Source: Eledone cirrhosa (Eukaryota). From it: a DNA stretch of 64,000 bases. A model generated the notes under the pieces. The model was given only the letters and a program-made list of their open reading frames with translations, had not been told where the DNA came from and did no database searches. The first letter of the stretch is position 1. Each line of letters begins with the position of its first letter. This document shows positions 54,841 through 64,000 of the stretch, piece by piece. The position numbers were made by a program, and so were the translations under genes. The stretch spans positions 29,326,001-29,390,000 of the forward strand of contig OZ024761.1 in NCBI GenBank assembly GCA_964016885.1, read 5' to 3'.

Positions 54841-55594
54841 TGCTATTGTTTCCTCCCGTTACATTGTATGTCTATATATTTATTAAAATAACAGATTAAT
54901 ACACTCCACTTTTAGTACAGAAAGGTATTTTAGCAAGGTGTAGGCCTCCGTCCTATCTGAGATATCAGTAGCTACACTTGTGTTACAGACTCAGTCTGTG
55001 ACCACCTATCCAACCTATACTAGCAAGAAAGACAGACATATGATGATGATTATGATGATGATGATGATGATGATGATGTTAACGCCATACTCCAATTTAA
55101 AACAGTGTTATCTCTTCATGGAATTTTCTTGTCTGATTCTACTATAACTGATTTTTTTTTTCTCTTTTAGTTCATAGATATAACGAGTAAATATATTAAT
55201 TCTTTTTTTTTTGTGGTGGTGATGGTGGTGGGAAGTTTGCTTTGGAATTACTTTCTCATTTTTAATGAAATGCAATGCATTTACTCTGCAAATAAAAAAA
55301 ACCACTTGAAATAATGTTTACCAATGTATTTACTCTGTGGATAAAAACTCTCATTGATAAATTTACTAACAATGTGTATGGCAGAACGAAGTATTTGTTG
55401 TAAATGTATTGGCTTGCAATGTAATTGCTTTGCAATGAGATTACAGGCGGTGTATTTACTGTGACGTAATTACTCCCATGAATTGCCAGACTCGTTAGAG
55501 TGTCAGATTAAATGCTTTGCAGTATTTGTTCCGACTCTTTGCAAACCTGACTTCATTTCCCTTTCGATGTCAACTTTGTCTTCCATCCTTTCAG

Positions 55595-55885
55595 GGACAT
55601 TAAATAAAGTACCAGAGCAGGGCAGTGGATCAGCAGAATTGTTAGGGTTTCAAGGGCATTCAATAAAGTACCAAAGCAGGGCAGTGGATCAGCAGAATTG
55701 TTAGGGTTTCAAGGACATTCAATAAAGTACCAGAGCAGGGCAGTGGATCAGCAGAATTGTTAGGGTTTCAAGGACATTCAATAAAGTACCAGCCTGGGGC
55801 AGTTGATCAGCAGAATTGTTAGGGTTTCAAGGACATTCAATAAAGGACCGGCCTGGGGCAGTTGATCAGCAGAATTGTTAGGGTG
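55595..55885. repeat. 59-bp tandem repeat, about 5 copies, SINE-derived
   Basis: Unit GGACATTCAATAAAGTACCAGAGCAGGGCAGTGGATCAGCAGAATTGTTAGGGTTTCAA. Confidence 0.9.
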
Positions 55886-56059
55886 TTAGACATAATACAT
55901 TTTACTGTCTCATTTGATTCTTTACATTCTAAATTCCTCTGTGGTGCTATACTGGCTCTATGGTACTACTGGTGCCAAACTATATTGGGTCTGTGGTGTC
56001 ACTGGGGCACAAATTGTGTTGACTTCATGGTGCCACTGATGCCAAACTATATTGGTGGT

Positions 56060-56400
56060 TGCCTTTCTCTCAGAAAATATCGATGGCATGGTGAGGGGAA
56101 ACTATGGCTGGTTCCAATCCCGGGTTAAAAAAGAGAAGGGTTGACCAAGAGGCTAGCAACCCCTCCCTGTGAAACAACTACTGCTACAAAAACACCAAAA
56201 TGTTTATCACAAACAGTTCTATCCATAGGAAAGGATGAAGCAACAAAATCACCAAAATGTTTATCACAAAAATCCTGTCTCTGGGAGAGGGTGGACCTCC
56301 AGCTAAAGGACGTAAGATATTTTTGGGGACAGTTGGAGTGACTAGGCCAGGACTGTGATGGTTGGAGGAAACTTGGTGATGGTCTATGCTCCTGAAGTGA
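56060..56400 (+). mobile_element. Probable bipartite non-autonomous RTE remnant
   Basis: A 5'-UTR-like GGGTTG..GGCTAGCAACCC segment is joined to a decayed ORF2 end WGQLE*LGQDCDGWRKLGDGLCS. Confidence 0.45.
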
Positions 56401-56754
56401 GGGGGGGGGGGGGCAAGGTAAAATTGATGCAGAAGGGAGACTTGAAGGCATGGGTGTGCCTTGGAAAGGGGACTTTCAAGGTGTAAAGTTTGGTTTTACA
56501 TTCAAATTTACAGCAAAGAACAGTGTGTGAAAGAGAAAGAGGGAGGGAGCATGTAATATGAGAGAGAGAGAGGGGGAGACAGTGCGTGAGAGAGAAAGTG
56601 CTTGTGTGTGTGTGTGTGTGAGTGTGAAATGTGTGAGGGAGAAGGTGACAGCGTATGTGAGGGAGAGGGTGACAGCATATGTGAGGGAGAGGGTGACATC
56701 GTGTGTGAGGTAGAGGGTGACATTGTGTATGAGAGAGAGGGATACAGTGTGTAA

Positions 56755-56840
<86 letters not shown>

Positions 56841-57329
56841 TGAGAGAGAGAGGAGAGGAGAGATGGGAGAAAGGGAGACATTGAAAGAGAAAGACAGGCT
56901 GAGGTATTTTTTAACAAAAATCCCCCCCAAAATAGATACAAAAAAAATACTACAAACTAAACATTGCTTGAAACATGAAAGGTCTGTCTGTGACATGTGT
57001 CTTGTGAATTAACACAATCAATTGTGCATGACAGCAATTCTGTAGGATTAAAAATGGCCTTAACACTGTCATTTAGTCTTTGAGATTTATTTCAAAATTT
57101 CTCTTTGTACATATATATATATGTATATAAATATATATATATATATATGAATGAGTCAGGACCCCAATGACCGAGCTCTTGCTGTTAGAACTAGCTGTTG
57201 AAATAGCAAGAGATCATTCATCGAGATCCTGACTCATTCATATAACCAGACTCTACTACTCCACTTATCAAGTACTCTGAGCAGTAATATTCTAGCCAGT
57301 TTCTAACTGAATCCATCCTGATTTATATA

Positions 57330-57687
57330 CAGTCTACCCTGGCATTTATGGCCCTGGTTATTCGCGGAATTTTTTTTAAAACCTAACTCATAATTGTTTG
57401 TGGAAACCACTGCATATTCGTGGAATCGTAAATATCTTCCGCAATTTTTTATGGCTATTTTCGTGGCAATATATATTTTTTTATGCTAAATTATTAATAA
57501 CAACATACCGTATTTGCAGGCCTATTAGAAGCCTCTTCGCATAAGACACTACCACTTTTTTTATTATGTTTTACATTATATTTTGACATTTATAGGCATT
57601 TTTATGGACCATATCCAATATTCGTGTTTTTTCACTCTTCGCAGGTTCTCTAGGAACGTAACACTTGTGAATACCAGGAAACCTCTG
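57330..57687. mobile_element. Tigger/pogo-like MITE
   Basis: TA-CAGTCTACCCTGGCATTTA ... TGAATACCAGGAAACCTCTG-TA gives imperfect terminal inverted repeats with TA flanks. Confidence 0.5.
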
Positions 57688-57696
57688 TATATATAC

Positions 57697-57752
<56 letters not shown>

Positions 57753-58293
57753 ACATATGTATATATGTATATGTGAGTCCTGGGTTCAATTGGGGGTAAA
57801 CACAGTTAGTAAAGTACTCATTAGTAGAGTGTAAACATCATGTTTAATATAGAAATGGCTTCTACAGGACTAGAACTGCTTCATTCAAAAGAAATCATCA
57901 GCATGATTTTAAATGTGAATCAAGAGTAAAGTGCAAGTTGAAAGTTATATAAGAACATACACATACAGAGACACTCACTCACACATATATACACTCACAT
58001 ACATATACACATACATAAACACACAAAATATACTGTACATGGAACTGATAGCAATGAAACATTGGTTGGATCTATAGAGAAGAAAGTATGGAGGTACAAT
58101 ATATGGGAACAAATATAGAGTAGAAAGTATGGAAGGAGATATAAAGTAGAAAGTTTGGAAGTACAAAGTATGGAAGCAAATATAGAGTAAAATGTATGAA
58201 AGTAGATGCAGAATAGAAACTATGAAAGTTCAAAGTATGGAAGAAATACACATTGTAAAGAAGAATTATAATTCAAAGAAGGATGTTCAAGTC

Positions 58294-58348
<55 letters not shown>

Positions 58349-58439
58349 GTGTGTGTGTGTGTGTGAAAACTGAAATATGTTAGTTAATAAGTCATATATG
58401 TATATACCCATGCCAACATGGAAAAAAAGATTTTAAATG

Positions 58440-58482
<43 letters not shown>

Positions 58483-58596
58483 ATATATGTGTATATATAT
58501 GTGTGTGTATATATATATGTGTATATATATATATATATGTATAAATAAATATATATATATTTATTTATACACATATATACACACACACACACACAC

Positions 58597-58645
<49 letters not shown>

Positions 58646-58843
58646 GACACACAGGTCATACTTACACCATCTCATACACACACACACAAATTATTCCCAC
58701 ACATTCTTATAATATACAGAGAATTTTGAGTGACAGAGAGGTGAGATATTTCAGCACAGGTAAGTCAGAAAGTTAAGTAGCTAAGTAAATAGGACAGGTA
58801 GGAAAGGTAATTATGAAAAGAATTGCTATGAAATCTTACATAC

Positions 58844-59007
58844 CCTTTCTCTTCAAATAGTTCTTGCATTTCCATGCACTTAAGTTCCACTTTGCGTTTC
58901 CTCTCATGATCCAGGATTTCGTAATTTGAAATTTTGACGGAAACTACAGATTCGGAGAAGATTTTAGCTTCCTCTTTAGATTTATTGAAAGGAGGAATCG
59001 TCACCAA

Positions 59008-59075
<68 letters not shown>

Positions 59076-59150
59076 TGGTTTGGGGTGCCGGTGGAGGGGG
59101 CGGCGGCGGCGGCGGCGGCGGGGGTGGGGGTGGCGGTGCCACTGCTGCCG

Positions 59151-59185
<35 letters not shown>

Positions 59186-59319
59186 GCTGCTGTTGGTGGT
59201 GGTGGTGGTGTTGCCTCCTGATACCTTTGAGGGGCCATGGACAGATTTTTGGTAAGGTAGCCGTTGACAGGTACCGGCGTGCCAGTTGTCTGCGGAGCTA
59301 CGCTAGCGCCATCAAACAT
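58844..59319 (-). CDS. First coding exon of an SRRM2/SRRM3-family (Cwc21/cwf21 domain) splicing factor
   Basis: MFDGASVAPQTTGTPVPVNGYLTKNLS aligns with SRRM2 MYNG...TNGYVQRNLS. SNYEILDHERKRKVELKCMEMQELFEEKG is the cwf21 motif ILDHERKR.VEL.C. A polypyrimidine tract and tttgcag acceptor precede exon start 59348, 29 nt before the ATG. The donor is GG|GTATGT at 58843 (alternative TAT|GTAAGA at 58839). Confidence 0.88.
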
Positions 59320-59831
59320 GCTGGTCTTTTGTGGCTGGTTGTGAAACACTGCAAAGAGACAGAGAGATGGTAAGTGACAGTTAGAAAGTCAACAACAACA
59401 ACTAAAATTAATAAATAAAATTAATAAATAATAAAAATACAGAAAAACGAAGACAGAAAAATGAAGAATCCAAGAATTATATATATAAGGCAGAAAAAAA
59501 AATCTGAACAAAATGACAAAAACAGACAAAAAAAATTGGATCGCTTTTTGCCTCTTGTTAGAATTGTGAAGTTTTCAAAACCAAGTTATTAACACTTTGT
59601 AAATAAATGAAATGACAGCAGGAATTTGGTTACATGTGAAGAACAAAAATTGAAATGGTGATTTCCAATTTATGGTAAATTATCATCACCATTTCATTTT
59701 ACGTCCACTTTTCCCTGCTTGCAATTATATATATATATTGCAAGCAGGGAAAAGCGGACGTAAAATGATGATGATGATATATACTAACAGTATATGTAAT
59801 TATAGTTTTATAATCATCCTTTATATATATA

Positions 59832-59894
<63 letters not shown>

Positions 59895-59914
59895 ATATAT
59901 ATATACATACATAT

Positions 59915-60490
59915 CTCCAAGACAATGTCACTGGACCGAGACCTTTGGCGGTACTCAGTAATAGAGAAGACCCGCCTTACCTAAATACAAAGTAAAAACC
60001 TACTACAGTCAGTAGGCATCTCTATCAAAACACACCCCCGTCCCACCACCTCCACCCCACCCACACCGCCCCTTTCAATGTAAAGTTATGTTGGTCCCAC
60101 AACATCCAGGCCGAAACAAATGAGATCGTGTAGGTGTCACGACAAAAAACACACAGTCCACGCTGTAAATGTGGCCGTGTAGGCAACACGGTAAAAACCT
60201 CCCAGCCCCACACTGTAAATGTGGTTGGTGTTAGGAAGGGCATCCAGCTGTAGAAAACCCGCCAGACAGTCCACGCTGTAATGTGGCCGTGTAGGCAACA
60301 CGGTAAAAACCTCCCAGCCCCACACTGTAAATGTGGTTGGTGTTAGGAAGGGCATCCAACTGTAGAAAACCCGCCAGACAGTCCTATGCGAGCAAGACAA
60401 CCACTCTTGCCTCAAGTGGGAAAACCCCCGTCCAAACCCATGCAAGCGTGGAACACGGACGCTAAACCTGATGATGATGATGATGATAAT
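59915..60490 (+). mobile_element. RTE LINE 3' end with an internally duplicated UTR segment
   Basis: Homologous to 12055-12490. The segment at about 60155-60270 is duplicated, and there is a (TGA)n tail. Confidence 0.85.
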
Positions 60491-60530
60491 GATATATATG
60501 TGTGTGTGTATATATAAATGTGTCGATATA

Positions 60531-61389
60531 CAGGGTGCGGACGATATCTGTTCGCAAGATTACTGTCTAGGAAAAGGTAACACAGTAGTTTTATTTTTTA
60601 AGATATATTTATCAAACTTGGGTCAGTTTGTCTTCATGACTTGTTTTTTTTTGATCTCACTCGATAAACCCACCATTGGCTTTGATGATGGCCTCGGAAC
60701 CGACTACAGGCCTTCATTACTGTCCCCCGAATTAAGCCCCTAAAGGCACTTGTGATCCTGGCCTTCAGATCGTCTTTCGTATTGCAGCTAGATCTGTTGG
60801 TGTCTTGTTCCACTGCGCTCCACACAAAGAAGTCGAGGGGGTTGCAGTCAGGCAAGCTGGGAGGCCAGATGTCAGGTGAAGTGGGGTCGACAAAGTTCTC
60901 TGACAGCCAGGCTTGGGTCTTTTGGCTGGTATGGCAGTGCGCTGAGTCTTGCTGCCACACGTACGGCCTGCTTGCAGCTACCTCGCTCAGAACGCGGATG
61001 TAGCCATCGGTGTTCAGCTTGAGGCCCTCAGGGAGGAAGTGAGGTGGCATGACGTCACCTTGACTGCTGACGACACCTAAGACCAATGTTGTCACTGGAA
61101 ACTTTGTCTGCATTACTCTGGGCACGTCTTTGGATGAGACAGCGAGCCACCTGTTGTTCTGGGAGTTGATCTTCTGGTCTTATTTGTCAAAAAGGCACGG
61201 ATTCCAAGAAGAACTCTGTGTCTCTTCCACAAATTTGGAGGTTCAAACTTATTCATAATCAATTATTCTGAAAATAAATAATGGATATATAGTCACTGTT
61301 TTTATGAAGACAAGAGTGACAACGGAAGTAAAAAAAATTTGCATAAAATTAGCAGTTGAAAATTACGAACAAATATCGTCCGCACCCTG
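60531..61389 (-). mobile_element. Internally deleted DD37D (maT-type) Tc1/mariner transposon
   Basis: TA-flanked terminal inverted repeats CAGGGTGCGGACGATAT(C/T)TGTTCG(C/T)AA. The transposase remnant at 60634-61125 reads WQQD...WPPSLPDCNPLD, with 37 residues between the two aspartates. Confidence 0.9.
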
Positions 61390-63378
61390 TACATATATAT
61401 ATTTGTGTATGTGTATATACATGAATATATACATGCATATATAAATGAGTATACACTTATCTGTCTGTATGAATTCATGTAAGTATGTATTTACATATGT
61501 AGATACATATGTATATATGTATATACGCAGGTACATATGTATGTATATGTTTATGTGTGTGTTTGTATATGTATGCATGTGTTAGTTGAAGTGTAGTTCT
61601 ATGAGTGAATGCCTATCTCGCTGTGTATTAATGTCAGACAATCTATAAGATATTCTTGTAAATGACATGCACGGATATATATATATATATATCATCATTC
61701 ATATCATCATTTTACGTCCACTTTCCACTGCTTGCAAGGGTGGGACGGGAACTGATTCTGGCTTGATTTCTACAGCTGGATGTCCTTCCTAACACCAACC
61801 TCATTTTTCTTTTCCGTGGCGTCTACATGTCCACTTTAGAGTGTGGGCTGGGTGCTTTTTTGCCGTGGCACCTCCACGACCACTTTGCAGTGGAATGATA
61901 GGGACTGCAGTCCCTATCATCTCATTTCTACAACTGAGTAAACTGGAGCAATGTGAAATAAAGTGTCTTGCTCAAGGAAACAACACATCACCCGGTCTGA
62001 GAATTGAACTCACAACCTTTCGATTGCAAGGCCAATGCTCCAACCACTAAGCCATGTGCCTCCATATATAATATATATATATTATATATATATTTATAAA
62101 AACAACAGATTAAAGTTTAAGCAAAGAATCGCTGCTTTCACCCTTAACAGGATCTTCTGAAACTAAAAAAAAATCAATCTGAAATATATATTATCCTTAC
62201 CGAACCCTCTTCGGATTTTAGTCTTCACATTTATCATTATTACTATATATATACAGTACTATAATATATATATATATATATATATACATATAGTACTGCA
62301 GTATATGTAGTACTGTAGTATATATATATAGTATTGTATGGTATGGCATGGTCCCATAACTCCTGATAGAGTAGTTGAGGTACCATACAGCATTTTGGGG
62401 GCATTTTTAGCCAAGTAGAACCCATCCCTCTCCAGGCCTGAGTACAATTAATTTCTTCCATATAGAGGGAGAATCTACCCCAGTACTAGACTGGTACTTT
62501 TTTTATCGAGTTTGAAATGATGAAAGGTAAAGTTGACCTCAGCGGGATTTGAACTCAGAGAACAGAGAACCAGAACAGATACCATAAAGCATTCTAACCG
62601 ACATTCTAACTATAAATAGTACTGTAGTATCATCATCATCATCATCATCATCGCTTAATGTCTATCTTCCATGCTAGCATGGGTTAGACAGGAATTGTCC
62701 CACTTGAGGCATGATTGGTCGGGTGTCCGTATCTCGCATATATATATATATATATATATGTGTGTGTCTGTGTGTGTTTATTTTTATTTCTATTAAGCCA
62801 AATAGAAGCTATAACCATTTCTGTCAATGTAATTTCTCATGTTTTTCTCTTCTCATTTCCGTTTGTTTTCTTCATGTTTTTGTTAGTTTTTTTTTTAGTT
62901 TTTTTATTTTTGTTGTTGTTTTTTTGTTGTTGTTGTTGGTTTTTTTTTTTTGTATTTTTTGTGTGTTTTTTTTTGTTTCCATTTAGTTTTCCTCTCTGGT
63001 GAAGTACTGAAAACTCTGGTTCCTCAACGAGATTGACGTCAGAAAGGAATAATGATGTTTTAATCCAAATAAAAGTGAGATAAACTTATTGTTCTCGGTC
63101 TCATTATCACATATAAACAGCCTCAAAAGTAGCAATACTAAAATTAAAATAAAAAAAAATCAAATACTACTGCTACTACTTCTACTTTTAATACTAATAC
63201 TACTGATAATAATAATGATAGTAATGAATGACATCACACCACGGATTGAAATGGAGATATCAATAGATATCTTACATCTCAATGACAAATACAGACCAAA
63301 TTAACATACTACAGCTGTAGCACACACATGTGTGGCTGTATATATATGTGTGTGTGTGTATCATCATCGATGTTATAT

Positions 63379-63443
<65 letters not shown>

Positions 63444-63444
63444 A

Positions 63445-63491
<47 letters not shown>

Positions 63492-64000
63492 CAAATTTAT
63501 ATTTGTATATATATATATGTATATATATATATACAAATTTATATTTGTATATATATATATGTATATATATATATGTATATATATATACAAATATATATAT
63601 ATATACAAATATATAGATACACAAATATATATTCACAAATACATATATATATATACACAAATATAAATACACAAATACATATATATATATATACAAATAT
63701 ATATATACACAAATATATATATACAAATATATATATATAAATATATCTATACACAAATATATATATATATAAATATATATATACACAAATATATATATAC
63801 AAATATATATATATACAAATTACACAAATATATATATACAAATATATATATACACAAATATATATATACACAAATATATATATATAAATATATATATACA
63901 CAAATATATATATACAAATATATATATATATACAAATATATATATATACAAATATATATATATAAATATATATAAATATATATATATACAAATATATATA

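Overview
AT-rich, microsatellite-saturated animal DNA. The repeat repertoire (tRNA-derived SINEs, RTE LINEs with (TGA)n tails, huge (TA)n/(ATG)n/(TAG)n tracts) suggests an octopus or other cephalopod genome; this is an inference. Nearly all listed ORFs are microsatellite artefacts. One host exon is recognisable: a minus-strand SRRM2/SRRM3 (Cwc21/cwf21-domain) first coding exon at 59319-58844 with a degenerate N-terminal peptide and homopolymer inserts. No downstream exon was found, so much of the window may be its intron. Mobile DNA includes the 3' end of a Penelope-like element (GIY-YIG), RTE LINE fragments with a PHD-like finger inside ORF2, a CR1-like remnant, two Tc1/mariner remnants (one DD37D), piggyBac-, Tigger- and hAT-like MITEs, many SINEs and tandem arrays derived from retroelements. 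The main unexplained pattern is about a dozen hammerhead-ribozyme-like motifs (CTGANGA...GAAA) from several sequence families. They lie in short non-coding, often fold-back elements embedded in (TA)n tracts. All motifs were read by eye, and coordinates of degenerate repeats are approximate.
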